Source: a candidate division NPL-UPA2 bacterium Unc8
Lineage (GTDB): Bacteria > NPL-UPA2
Assembly: GCA_003574845.1 (NCBI GenBank)
Contig: NDHY01000003.1
Coordinates: 646-64,645, forward strand
Direction of reading: 5' to 3'
DNA length: 64,000 bases
The notes under the pieces were generated by a model. It saw nothing but the letters and a program-made list of their open reading frames with translations, had not been told where the DNA came from and searched no databases. Shown here in pieces: positions 10,110-20,400 of the stretch. Each line of letters starts with the position of its first letter. Position 1 is the stretch's first letter. The position numbers and the translations under genes were made by a program.

Positions 10110-10436
10110 ATGGAGTATGAGATACCCAATAAGCTATTTTTCACCATTAGCGAGGTCAGTAGCATTGCTAAAATTAAACCTTACATTCTTCGCTACTGGG
10201 AGTCTGAGTTCGGCTGTCTGAGTCCAGACAGAGATAAAGCAGGAAGGAGAAGTTACCGCAAGAAAGACCTGGAAATAATTTTTCTAATTAAGGAGCTGCT
10301 GCACAAGCGCAAATATAGCATTGCCGGAGCCAAAAGGAGCCTTTCAAGAAGAAACAGAGAAAAGTCAGAGAAGAGTTCCTCTATAACGGCAATCAAAAAA
10401 GAATTACAATCAGTGATTAAGGCTCTCTCTGATTAA
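10110..10436 (+). CDS. MerR-family HTH regulator
   Basis: FTISEVS...LRYWESEF...GRRSY; the usual merR-tRNA-Pro(GGG) neighbourhood. Confidence 0.88.
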   Translation: MEYEIPNKLFFTISEVSSIAKIKPYILRYWESEFGCLSPDRDKAGRRSYRKKDLEIIFLIKELLHKRKYSIAGAKRSLSRRNREKSEKSSSITAIKKELQSVIKALSD

Positions 10437-10444
10437 CTTGAAAT

Positions 10445-10520
10445 CGGGGTGTGGCGCAGTCCGGCTTAGCGCACTTGACTGGGGGTCAAGGGGTCAGCGG
10501 TTCGAATCCGCTCACCCCGA
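10445..10520 (+). tRNA. tRNA-Pro(GGG)
   Basis: CGGGGTG/CACCCCG acceptor stem, CTTGA-CTGGGGG-TCAAG anticodon arm, GGTTCGAATCC T-arm. Confidence 0.95.
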
Positions 10521-10657
10521 TTATGGTCGCCCCATTTCGTAATGAGCCTTTATTTCACTGGCAGAAAGGGCATGATCCCAGACTCCCATAGTTATTGGCC
10601 TCGTACTATTTTTTCAGGAGCAATTCTGGGATTCATCGGGTCACCGACCGCTCTGTT

Positions 10658-10738
10658 CCTCAGCATTGTAATTTTGACTTTTGATTTTTAACTTTTGAAT
10701 TAGTTCTTAAGCTGGTGAATGGTGTTCTGGTGCTGAGG
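10658..10738. repeat. Heptamer-repeat element copy A
   Basis: TTTTGAC/TTTTGAT/TTTTAAC/TTTTGAA units. A 32-nt block matches 27633 and 36187 in reverse complement with 1 mismatch. Bounded by CCTCAGCA/TGCTGAGG. Confidence 0.8.
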
Positions 10739-10753
10739 TTTTTGGTTCAAACG

Positions 10754-10782
10754 TTGCACTTAGTGGTTGAATGTAGTATAAT
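10754..10782 (+). promoter_or_regulatory. Sigma70 promoter of the GNAT gene (likely leaderless)
   Basis: TTGCAC-17nt-TATAAT; ATG 6 nt downstream. Confidence 0.6.
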
Positions 10783-10788
10783 GGAGCG

Positions 10789-11466
10789 ATGGGTACTCAA
10801 CAATCAAAGAGCCATAAAAGTAAAACATACTTAATCCGTGAGTTTCGCACTTCTTCTGATTTGAACGACGCTTACGAGTGTTTTGTCAGTAGCTTCTATC
10901 ATATCCAATGGCCTATTATAGATGAAGCTAATTCTCAATTCATAAAGGACATCATTCTTTGGTACCACCACATAGGCTCAAAGACTTTTGTAGCCGAGTT
11001 TGAGGGGAGAGTAAGAGGAGTCCTTGTAGGCTCGTTCCGGCCTGGTCTTGCCGCAGCAGGTCGTGCATTGGTAACGATAACAAAAATGCTATGTCATATG
11101 ATAGCGGGGCATTATCAACTGAGCGCACTTGCCAAAAAACATCTTTTCCAACTGTTTCGGAGTTTTCTCCCCTATATTTACTTACATCCACATAGCAAGG
11201 CGGAAACTCTACTCCTGATATCGCACAAAGAATACCGGGGGGGCATTGGACGGGCATTGATGGATGCATGGATTGCGGAAGTCCGCTCAAATGGCATCCA
11301 GACTGCTACTGTAAGTACTGATTCTGCCATGAGCTGGGATTTCTATGAGAGATATGGATACCGCAGAGTCAGGGAATTTGATTATGCAGCCTATAAATAC
11401 TCTCTACCTACAAAGAATGTCAAAGGCTATATCTATTTAATGGATGTTTCCCCTTCAGGAAGATAA
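10789..11466 (+). CDS. GNAT-family N-acetyltransferase
   Basis: YRGGIGRALM acetyl-CoA motif and FYERYGY. Confidence 0.85.
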   Translation: MGTQQSKSHKSKTYLIREFRTSSDLNDAYECFVSSFYHIQWPIIDEANSQFIKDIILWYHHIGSKTFVAEFEGRVRGVLVGSFRPGLAAAGRALVTITKMLCHMIAGHYQLSALAKKHLFQLFRSFLPYIYLHPHSKAETLLLISHKEYRGGIGRALMDAWIAEVRSNGIQTATVSTDSAMSWDFYERYGYRRVREFDYAAYKYSLPTKNVKGYIYLMDVSPSGR

Positions 11467-12047
11467 GAAGGAAAAGGGGACACTTTCCCTCGCACTTGTT
11501 TCAATAGACCGTTGAAAGCATTTAATATTCCTTTCTGTTCAGAAGTTTTACCAAACTTTGAAAGCCATCTTCTTATGTATTTAAGATTAACCTTACCCCT
11601 ATTCTTAATCAATATATTTTTTATATCCTCTTCATCAATAGCTCTACCGGCAAACATTTTATGAATAATAACGTCCTCCGGGGAAGCGAACTTTACTAAA
11701 TAACTATTCATCAGGACTTTCCTTGCTCTCTTCATAGCTCCCCTTTCATAAGGGGTAAAAGAAAAAATAAAATCTACCCGTATTTTTAATTTTGTCTCCT
11801 CTGCGGGAAGCACCTTAGTCTCTCTGGTAAAATTTTCCGGCTCTTCAGGTAAAATTTTTAACCCTGATTTTCTGCACACCTCCTCAATTAATAGAAATTT
11901 ATCTGTATCTATTCCTAAAGTTATATCAATATCCCGGGTAAGACGGGGCGTCCCATATAATAGAACAGCTTGTCCGCCGATAATCATATAGGGAATTTCG
12001 CTTTTATCTAAATGCCGGGCTATCTTTTTTATTAACTTTTCAAACAC
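11433..12047 (-). CDS. Nucleotidyltransferase (AbiEii/DUF6036-like)
   Basis: IIGGQAV..G.PRLTRDIDI, VDF, SPEDVIIHK..AGR..D..DI. Confidence 0.8.
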   Translation of the reverse strand: MFEKLIKKIARHLDKSEIPYMIIGGQAVLLYGTPRLTRDIDITLGIDTDKFLLIEEVCRKSGLKILPEEPENFTRETKVLPAEETKLKIRVDFIFSFTPYERGAMKRARKVLMNSYLVKFASPEDVIIHKMFAGRAIDEEDIKNILIKNRGKVNLKYIRRWLSKFGKTSEQKGILNAFNGLLKQVRGKVSPFPSYLPEGETSIK

Positions 12048-12247
12048 TAAGTTAATCCGTTTATTGCTCTGGCAATTCTCAAATCGATTCCTAATCCATC
12101 TAAAATATTTTTAGAACTGATAATCCCCAAAGAAACAGCCTCTTTGTGCAGAGCTTCATATATAAGCAGAGCCTCCCTGTGGGAAATATTTTCCCTCTCC
12201 ATTAATTTCCGATAAAACTTATCTAATTTAAGTTTATTTCTTACCAT
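12047..12247 (-). CDS. Small protein translationally coupled to the nucleotidyltransferase
   Basis: 66 aa; its stop overlaps the start of the downstream gene. Confidence 0.65.
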   Translation of the reverse strand: MVRNKLKLDKFYRKLMERENISHREALLIYEALHKEAVSLGIISSKNILDGLGIDLRIARAINGLT

Positions 12248-12272
12248 TATCTATGAAACCCCCTTCTCCTAA

Positions 12273-12378
12273 ACAGTCCACAGTCCACAGTTGACAGTCA
12301 CAATTTACCAATTACTAATCACTGAATTTTGAATTTTCTTTGTGCCTTTGTGCCTCTGTGTCTCTCTCTACTCTCTAA
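12273..12378. repeat. Heptamer/octamer composite element copy E
   Basis: ACAGTCC ACAGTCC ACAGTTG ACAGTCA; TGAATTT x2; CTTTGTGC octamers. Confidence 0.7.
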
Positions 12379-12438
12379 TTTATTATACTATATCATTCTC
12401 CCATGCTGTCAAGCGTTTTTGAGATTTTTAAAAAAAAC

Positions 12439-12490
12439 TTGACACTCTAAATGTAGTATGGTAAAAAGTAATAGCCACAATATAAAGTGT
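12439..12490 (+). promoter_or_regulatory. nrdR promoter with tandem NrdR boxes
   Basis: TTGACA at 12439. Boxes ACTCTAAATGTAGTAT (12444-12459) and CCACAATATAAAGTGT (12475-12490) fit acaCwAtATaTwGtgt and lie 31 bp apart. Confidence 0.8.
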
Positions 12491-12508
12491 TATTAAGGTG
12501 TTAAAAAG

Positions 12509-12970
12509 ATGCGTTGTCCTTTCTGTGGTTCGTTAGATAGTAGGGTTATTGACTCCCGCTCCAGTAAGAGCCAGACGGCTATCAGGCGGAGGAGGGAATG
12601 CTCTCGCTGCAAGCACAGGTTTACTACCTATGAGCGTCGCGGGGAATTGTTTGTAGTAGTCAAAAGAGATGGTCGCCGCGAATTATTTGACCGCCAAAAA
12701 ATCTTAAATGGGATTACCAGAGCTTGTGAGAAAAGGCCCATAAGCGCAGAAAAGATAGAGGAACTGGTTGATGAGATTGAAAAAATGTTGCAGGAGCGAC
12801 TGCAGGGAGAAGTCAGCTCACGCGAAATAGGAAAGATGGTGATGGAGAAATTAAATGAGCTTGATGAGGTAGCATACATTCGCTTTGCTTCAGTCTATAG
12901 ACAATTTAAAGAAGTTACGGATTTTATGAGAGAAATAAGCGAACTAAGGGTAACCCCTACCAAAAAGTGA
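12509..12970 (+). CDS. nrdR: Transcriptional repressor NrdR
   Basis: MRCPFC, IRRRREC..C..RFTTYE, ATP cone, VAYIRFASVY. Confidence 0.97.
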   Translation: MRCPFCGSLDSRVIDSRSSKSQTAIRRRRECSRCKHRFTTYERRGELFVVVKRDGRRELFDRQKILNGITRACEKRPISAEKIEELVDEIEKMLQERLQGEVSSREIGKMVMEKLNELDEVAYIRFASVYRQFKEVTDFMREISELRVTPTKK

Positions 12971-12978
12971 GGTATAAA

Positions 12979-15411
12979 ATGAAGGTAGAGCAGGGAGTAA
13001 AAGAGGCAGAATTGGCGTTTACAGAAGTAAAGAAGCGAGATGGAAGGCTGGTGCCATTTGATGAAGAAAAAATTACTGAGGCAATCTTTAGGGCAGCCCG
13101 GGCAGTAGGTGGAGAGGATAAATTCATGGCATCCGAACTATCCCGTGCCGCCGTTTTTTACCTGAAAGAAAAAATCGGCACCCGAACCCCGGACATTGAA
13201 GAAATACAGGACATCGTGGAAAAAGTTCTCATAGAAACAGGACATGCCCGGACGGCAAAGGCTTATATTCTTTATCGCGACCGCCGCAGGAAACAAAGAG
13301 AAAGACTTAAGGTTCGCAAAGAAATAGAAAAGAAAAGACCGATGACAGACATCTCACTACTTGTTGCAGGAGAAAGGCAGGATGAAATTACCTCCTGGGA
13401 TAAGGTAAAGGTAACCCAGGCGTTGATAAAAGAGGCTGAGATATCGCCGTCTGTGGCAGACTCTGTTGCAGCAGCAGTGGAGAAGAGAATTCTCAGCCAG
13501 GAACTTTCGCAAATTTCTACCAGTCTCATCCGCGAGCTCGTTGACAATGAGCTTTTCAATCGTGGATACCAACAGAAACTCACCCAGCAGAGACTGATTG
13601 GCATGCCCGCTCATGACCTTCATAGCTTGCTCCATTCTAAAAGCAATGAAAATAGTAATATTGCTACTAATAACCCCGAGGCAATCAATCTGACAATTGC
13701 AGAAAATACTATCAAGCAGTATATGCTCCAGCGTGTTTTCAGCGCCTCAGTAGCAAATGCTCATCTTACAGGGATGATCCACATTCATGATATTGGTTAC
13801 CCCCGCGTCTACTGCAGTTCACACAGCCTGGAATATTTAAAAAAGTTTGGCCTGGAGTTGGGAAATCTGGACACGGCATCTGCCCCTGCTACTCACGCCC
13901 GCACCCTTACAGGGCATCTCAATACTTTTCTTGCTTCTCTTCAGGCATATTATGCAGGAGCGCTGGGAGTTGGTTATATAAACATATTTTATGCTCCTTA
14001 CCTTGTTGGAAGAAGTGATACGGAATTGTTACAGGAAGCACAATATCTAATTTTTAGCGGAAGCCAGAATGCATTCTCGCGTGGAGGGCAGACACTATTC
14101 CTTGATTTTAATATTCATCTGGAAGTGCCGTCCTATCTGCGAGATGTTCCTGCCATTGGGCCAAAGGGAAAATACACAGGAAAAACCTATAAAGAGTACG
14201 AAAAAGAAGCGCAGCGTTTTGCAAAGGCAATGCTTAGTGTCTGGAGAACCGGAGATAGATATGGAAATTTATTTGCTTTCCCAAAATGCGACCTTCATAT
14301 TTCCCAGGGAGCGTTTGATGACCCTCAGCAATATGAACTGCTAAAATATGCTTGTGAGATTGCCAGTGAGAATGGAACACCATATTTTATATTTGACCGC
14401 GATGAGATTACTCTGGCTGCCTGTTGTCGCTTGCGTACAAAAATCAAAGACAATTATATGATCAAGCATCCGGAGAGCATGCGCTTCTGCGGATTTCAAA
14501 ATGTAACAATAAACCTTCCACAGGCAGCATATCGGGCAGAGAAAGATATTGGTAAAATTTATGAAGAAATTGATCGGGCAATGAAACTGGCAATAGAAGC
14601 TCATCTGGAGAAGAAAAAGTTTATTCATGACCTGATGAGCTCTCCTAATATGCCAATGTGGGAGGTGGGCAAAATTGCTCGGGATGGCAGGCCATACATT
14701 GACCTGGACCAGGCAACTTATATCATCGGTCTCATTGGGCTTAATGAGTGCGTTCAGTATCTCACAGGAAAGGAGTTGCATAATGATGAAGAGACTTATA
14801 AATTAGGGTTACGGATAATTTCCTTTATGAGTATCAAAGCCATAGAGTACGGCAAGAAATATTCTCTACACTGCACTCTTGAGGAATCCCCGGCAGAATC
14901 AGCTACTCGCAGGCTTTCTAAGATTGATTTGCGCCAGTATCCAGAGGCAGCGACAGTTATCAAGGGCAACCTGGAAGAAGATGAAGGCTACTATACCAAC
15001 AGCATTCATTTTTGCGCTGATGCCCCAATAAACCTTATTGATAGAATTGTGAAGCAGGCTCGTTTTCATACTCTGATTGAGTCCGGCGCAATTATCCATG
15101 CCTTTATTGGTGAGCAGAGCCCTTCTCCAGAAAGCATCTTATCCCTCATTCGTAAAACATGGGAGAATACTCAGACTGCACAATTAACAATCTCACCCGA
15201 ATTTACCATTTGTAAGGAGTGCTCACGAAATGCTCGCGGCCTTAGAGAAAATTGCCCGCACTGCCAGAGTGACGATGTCTATGGAATAACCCGCATCGTT
15301 GGATACTACAGTCGGATTAATAACTGGAACCGCTCTAAAATTGGTGAACTTCGCGAGCGTCATCGGGGAGATTACCAGATTAAGGGAGCATGGGGCAAAG
15401 ATGGAAATTAA
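12979..15411 (+). CDS. nrdD: Anaerobic (class III) ribonucleoside-triphosphate reductase with two ATP cones
   Basis: VKKRDG ATP cone, IHIHD, YCSSH, AACCRLR, CKEC..CPHC, TRIVGYY glycyl loop. Confidence 0.95.
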   Translation: MKVEQGVKEAELAFTEVKKRDGRLVPFDEEKITEAIFRAARAVGGEDKFMASELSRAAVFYLKEKIGTRTPDIEEIQDIVEKVLIETGHARTAKAYILYRDRRRKQRERLKVRKEIEKKRPMTDISLLVAGERQDEITSWDKVKVTQALIKEAEISPSVADSVAAAVEKRILSQELSQISTSLIRELVDNELFNRGYQQKLTQQRLIGMPAHDLHSLLHSKSNENSNIATNNPEAINLTIAENTIKQYMLQRVFSASVANAHLTGMIHIHDIGYPRVYCSSHSLEYLKKFGLELGNLDTASAPATHARTLTGHLNTFLASLQAYYAGALGVGYINIFYAPYLVGRSDTELLQEAQYLIFSGSQNAFSRGGQTLFLDFNIHLEVPSYLRDVPAIGPKGKYTGKTYKEYEKEAQRFAKAMLSVWRTGDRYGNLFAFPKCDLHISQGAFDDPQQYELLKYACEIASENGTPYFIFDRDEITLAACCRLRTKIKDNYMIKHPESMRFCGFQNVTINLPQAAYRAEKDIGKIYEEIDRAMKLAIEAHLEKKKFIHDLMSSPNMPMWEVGKIARDGRPYIDLDQATYIIGLIGLNECVQYLTGKELHNDEETYKLGLRIISFMSIKAIEYGKKYSLHCTLEESPAESATRRLSKIDLRQYPEAATVIKGNLEEDEGYYTNSIHFCADAPINLIDRIVKQARFHTLIESGAIIHAFIGEQSPSPESILSLIRKTWENTQTAQLTISPEFTICKECSRNARGLRENCPHCQSDDVYGITRIVGYYSRINNWNRSKIGELRERHRGDYQIKGAWGKDGN

Positions 15412-15670
15412 AATTTTTGGAAGAGAAAATTGCCCAAAGTGCCTGGCGGTGAAAGAAAAACTGCAACTACTTTTAGAAGATATTGCCGACAGCGTCCAGC
15501 TCACTTATTACGACATGGATACTGTAGATGGCTTAACTGAGTCTACCTACTATGGAGTAGGCGGGATTCCTACCACTATTATTGATTACGAGGGGGTTGA
15601 GGCAGCGCGCTGGTCAGGAGAAGTTCCCCGATTAGAAGACATTAAACAATATTTAAAGAGCAGTGATTGA
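15401..15670 (+). CDS. Thioredoxin/glutaredoxin-like protein (NrdH-like)
   Basis: CPKC active site and cis-Pro motif IPT; start ATG15401. Confidence 0.8.
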   Translation: MEIKIFGRENCPKCLAVKEKLQLLLEDIADSVQLTYYDMDTVDGLTESTYYGVGGIPTTIIDYEGVEAARWSGEVPRLEDIKQYLKSSD

Positions 15671-16370
15671 AATAAAAGGACTGCTTGAGTCCTCCCTGAT
15701 TGAATGGGAAGGAAAGATAGCAGCGGTTGTCTTTTTGCCTAACTGCAATTTTCGCTGTCCGTGGTGCCATGTCCCCGACCTTGCCTTTGAGCCTGAGCGA
15801 TTGGAGACAATTTCCTTCTCCCACCTTAAAAGGCTGGCAAAAACCCAGCAGGGGTGGCTTGACGGTGTCGTCATTTCCGGGGGAGAGCCAACAACTCATC
15901 GCAAGCTCCCTCAATTCATTGAGAAAGTAAGAAAACTTGGCTTGCCCGTGAAGTTGGAGACCAATGGAAACTATCCAGCTTTATTAAGGACACTTATTGC
16001 GGAGAAACTAATTGCTTCAGTGGCAATGGACATAAAAAACAGAGTTGATGCCGGGCAGACATTATATGACAAAAGCTGTGGAGTAAAAGTTGACATTGGG
16101 AAAATAAAAGAAAGTATCTCTCTCCTCGTGGAAAGCGGGATTGATTGCGAGTTCAGAACCACCGTCGTTCCCGGGTTTGTAGATGAAGAGGATGTTAAGA
16201 AAATAGCCGAGCTAATCTCTCCACTGACAAAAAAATATATCCTCCAGCAGTTTTCTCCCCAACACGCTTTTAAAAAAGAATTGAGAGAAACTATTCCTTA
16301 TTCTCCGGAAGTAATTACAAAAATGGTTGCGTCTGTCAGGTCATTGATTCCAGAAGTTAGCAGTCGATAG
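15663..16370 (+). CDS. nrdG: Anaerobic RNR activating enzyme (radical SAM)
   Basis: CNFRCPWCH, SGGEPT, KLETNG, EFRTT. Confidence 0.92.
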   Translation: MIEIKGLLESSLIEWEGKIAAVVFLPNCNFRCPWCHVPDLAFEPERLETISFSHLKRLAKTQQGWLDGVVISGGEPTTHRKLPQFIEKVRKLGLPVKLETNGNYPALLRTLIAEKLIASVAMDIKNRVDAGQTLYDKSCGVKVDIGKIKESISLLVESGIDCEFRTTVVPGFVDEEDVKKIAELISPLTKKYILQQFSPQHAFKKELRETIPYSPEVITKMVASVRSLIPEVSSR

Positions 16371-17414
16371 CTTAGATCTTATTAATAAGAGCCCAAGAAT
16401 TGTTTTGCCGTCCCTTATCTTTCCCTCTTTAATCATCTTAAAAGCCTCAGGAAGGCTGAGGGTAACTATCTCAAGGAGTTCGTGCTCTCCCGTGTCCTGC
16501 TTTTCTTCTTTCAATCCTGTAGCACGAAAGATATGAATCATTTCATTGGAAAACCCGGGGGAAACATAGTAAAATAGGAGAAGCTCAAGCTTTCCCGCCC
16601 GATAGCCAATCTCTTCCATCAATTCTCTTTTTATACAATCCTGTGGTTCTTCTCCTTCTTCTAATCTCCCGGCAGGAATTTCATAAATTATCTCTCCCGT
16701 TGCCTGACGAAACTGTTTAACGAGCACTACCCTACCATCCGGAAGAAGAGGGATCGCGCATGCAGCTCCGCGGTGCTCAACGGTCTCATGGATGGATTTT
16801 CGACCATCGGGAAGGAGAAGTTCATCAAGACGCAATTTAACAACTTTGCCTTCATAAGCCAATTTTGACTTCAATCCACTAATCTCCTTCCAGCAATCCT
16901 CATATACTTTCAGGATTTCTTTTGAAAAAAGGACAAATCGCACTTCTTCAAGGCAGCGGGGTTTTTTAAGAAAATCATTGAGTGCGGTCAGGGCAACCCT
17001 GGCGGCTCGCTCAAGAGGGAATAGATAAGCGCCGGTGCTGATAGAGGGAAAGGCGATTGCTCGTATTCCTTTTTCCTCGGCGAGGGTAAGACTGTTGCAA
17101 TAAGCATTGCGGAGAAGGTTATCATCATTATTTTTTCCCGACCAGATTGGGCCAACGGTATGAATAACCCAGCGGGCTTTGAGTTTCCCTCCCCCGGTAA
17201 TCACTGCTTTCCCTGTGTGGCAGCCACCTTGACGGGCACGGATTTCCTTGCACTCTTTGAGAATCTGCGGTCCCCCGACGCGATGAATTGCTCCGTCTAC
17301 GCCACCGCCACCCAGGAGAGAAGTATTGGCGGCATTGACAATTGCCTCAGTGTTCTGTTGGGTAATATCTCCCTGAATTAAACTCAGCTTCGTTTTTCCT
17401 ATCATTACCTCCAT
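16341..17414 (-). CDS. Macrodomain (O-acetyl-ADP-ribose deacetylase-like) fused to a Nudix ADP-ribose pyrophosphatase
   Basis: GDIT, IVNAAN, GGGGVDGAIH and FPSISTG, followed by Nudix box GRLEEGEEPQDCIKRELMEEIGY and SPGF. Confidence 0.9.
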   Translation of the reverse strand: MEVMIGKTKLSLIQGDITQQNTEAIVNAANTSLLGGGGVDGAIHRVGGPQILKECKEIRARQGGCHTGKAVITGGGKLKARWVIHTVGPIWSGKNNDDNLLRNAYCNSLTLAEEKGIRAIAFPSISTGAYLFPLERAARVALTALNDFLKKPRCLEEVRFVLFSKEILKVYEDCWKEISGLKSKLAYEGKVVKLRLDELLLPDGRKSIHETVEHRGAACAIPLLPDGRVVLVKQFRQATGEIIYEIPAGRLEEGEEPQDCIKRELMEEIGYRAGKLELLLFYYVSPGFSNEMIHIFRATGLKEEKQDTGEHELLEIVTLSLPEAFKMIKEGKIRDGKTILGLLLIRSKLSTANFWNQ

Positions 17415-17454
17415 ATTTGTCTCCTACCCCGCTACTCACATATTGCACATTTCA

Positions 17455-20400
17455 TCAAGACTTGACCACTATTCTATGTGCCCAATCATCAAGGAGGCTG
17501 TAAATGGTAGGAACTACAACGAGGGTAAAGAAAGTGGAAGCAAATAAACCGCCGATGATGGCGACAGCCATACTGGAACGCATCTCTACTCCCATAGCCC
17601 GGCCCAGGGTAAGGGGAAGTAACGCTAATATAGTGGTGGATGCGGTCATCAGTATCGGGCGCAGCCTCACGCCCCCGGCCTGGATAATAGCCTTATCGCG
17701 GCTTAAGCCTTTAGCGCGCAGTTGATTGACATAATCAATAAAGACAATGGCATTATTGACCACGATACCGGTAACCATAATCATCCCGATAAAGGAGACC
17801 AGCGAGAGGGTATTACCGGTAATCAGGAGAGCCGATACCACCCCAATCAATGATAAAGGAATTGAGAAGATGATAGCAAAGGGATGGAGCAGAGATTCAA
17901 ATTGGGCGGCCATCACCATATAGACCAAAAGAACTGCCAGGACCAGGACAAAGATAAGGCTATAGAACATCTCTATCATGTCCTCATATTCTCCCCCATA
18001 CTCAATAAAGTAACCGGGGGGAATGGTTATTCCGGCTACGGCTCCTCGGACCTCATCCATAATTTCTCCCAGACTGCGGCCTATAAAGTGGGCATTGACC
18101 TCAGCCACTCGCACTCGCTCTTCACGGAATATCGCCGCCAGGCCTCGCCGGGAGTGAATCTCAGCCACCTCGTCAAGATGAACAAGCATCCCTTTTGGAG
18201 AAGGAATAGTAAGATCAGCCAGGCTATCTCTATCTGCTTCTCTAAGACGCAGACGAATATCTATCTCTTCCCCGGCTTCCCGAAAGCGTGTAACTACATC
18301 ACCCTTTATAGCCATTCTTACGGCATTGGCTATCCCGGCCACTCCTAATCCCTTTCGTGAGGCGCGTTCACGGTCAATCTCAATCTGCAGCTCCGGTTTT
18401 CCCGGCCTTAAGGTGGCATCTATACTGTGAATTCCCTCAATACCCTCAAGCTTCTTCGTCACCACATTAGAAAGCTCTTCTAATACAACTAAATCCTTAC
18501 CAAAGAGTTTTATATTTATGGGGGCCGCCCCGGCTCCACCCATTATTGCCGCCGGACCAAACTCGATAAAGGAGGTGCTTAAGCCCTCTATATCCTGGGG
18601 GAGGCGGTGGCGAATCTCAGTCAGAACCTCCTCAATTGAGCGCTTTCTCTCTTCTATTCCGGTCAGGGTTCCGAAAAACATGGCTTCATTCACTCCGGTA
18701 ACTCCAAAGCCAAAAGCTAAATCTACCTCTGCCCCGGGATAGAGACCAACGGAGACAGTAGAGGCTTCCATCTCGGGAATATCAGCAATAATCCTTTCCA
18801 CTCCCCGAACCACCCTATCTGTCTCTTCTAAAGAAGTATCTATCGGCATCCGCAGAGTAGCCATATAGATTCCGCTATCCATCCGGGGAATGAATTCAGT
18901 GTCTAACAATGTGAGAAATCCCAAACTTGAAATAAAAATAGCCGCTGCGGTCAGGATTACCTTTGCCCGATGCTTAAGCGCCCAGGTGAGAAGCCCCTGG
19001 TATCCCTCTCTAAAGCGGTTAAACCGTCCATCAGCGCTACTGGTAACTGATAACTGGTTACTGGTTACCGGTTTTTTTCTTAAGAGCTTTGAAGCGACCA
19101 TAGGCACCAAAGTGAGAGCCACAAATAAGGAAACAATCAAGGATGAGCCTACGGTTATTCCCAATCCCTGCGCCATCCTACCGGTTATTCCGGCCACAAA
19201 AGCCAGAGGTAGAAAGACAACTATGGTAGTTAAAGTAGAGGCAGAGATAGCCATAGACATCTCACCCGTCCCCACCTGAGCAGCCTCTTTTGGTTCCTTG
19301 CCCTCTTTGAGGTGCCGGAAGATATTTTCAATAACCACAATGGCATTATCAAGCAGCATCCCAACGGCTAATGCCAGGCCTCCTAAGGTCATCATATTTA
19401 GTGTATAACCGAGGGAGTAGATGGGGATAAAAGTAGCCAGGATAGCTAAGGGAATGGCTAAGGCAATGGTAAGAGTGGGTCGCCAGTTACGAAGGAAAAG
19501 GAAGAGCACAAAAATAGCTGCCAGACCTCCCCAGAGACCGCTACGGGCTAAACCGGATATAGAAGCTTCAATAAACTTTGCCTGGTCAAACATCTCCTGC
19601 ATCTCAATATCAGGAGGCAGAACTTTCTTTAGCTGATTTAATTCCTCCCGGACCTGCCTGGCAATACGAACCGTATTTGCCCCGGATTCCCTACTAATGG
19701 CCATTAAGAGACCGTCCTGCCCGTCTACCCGTGTATACCCACGCAACTCCTTATGGGTATCGGAAATAACGGCAATATCCTCAAGATAGATGGGCTTTCC
19801 TTCCCTTAAGGAAACCACCGTTCTTCTTATCTCATCCAGGCCTTCAAATTCACCTATGGTGCGCACCAAAAATTCCCGGGGGCCTTCAACCAAATGCCCG
19901 GCGGGAAGATTGAGGTTCGCTGCCCTTATTGCCCCGGCGACTTCAGGAAGGGATAGGTTATGCGCCTCTAATCTGCTTCGATCAACCTCTACTAAAAACT
20001 CCCGCTCCAAACCTCCCCAGAGCCTTACCGAGGCTACCCCCTCTATCCGCTCCAAACGAGGCTTCATAACATCATCTATTAAGTCCCTTAAGTCAAAGAG
20101 GTCGCGCTCCCCGGTAATTCCAAACATCATAATCGGCCACATCGCCAAATCAAACTTAATCACTAAGGGACGGTTCATATCTTCGGGCAGGAAAACCTCA
20201 ATGAGATCTATTATCGCCCTTATATCCTGGGCAGCAAAATCAAGGTTGGTGCCCCAGACAAACTCCGCCGACACCACCGAGATTCCTTCATGAGAGACAC
20301 TGCGCACCTCCCTGATTCCCTTTACTGTGGCTACCACCTCTTCAATGGGTTTGCTAATCAATTCCTCCATATCCTCCGGGGCTACCCCGGGATAGGTAGT

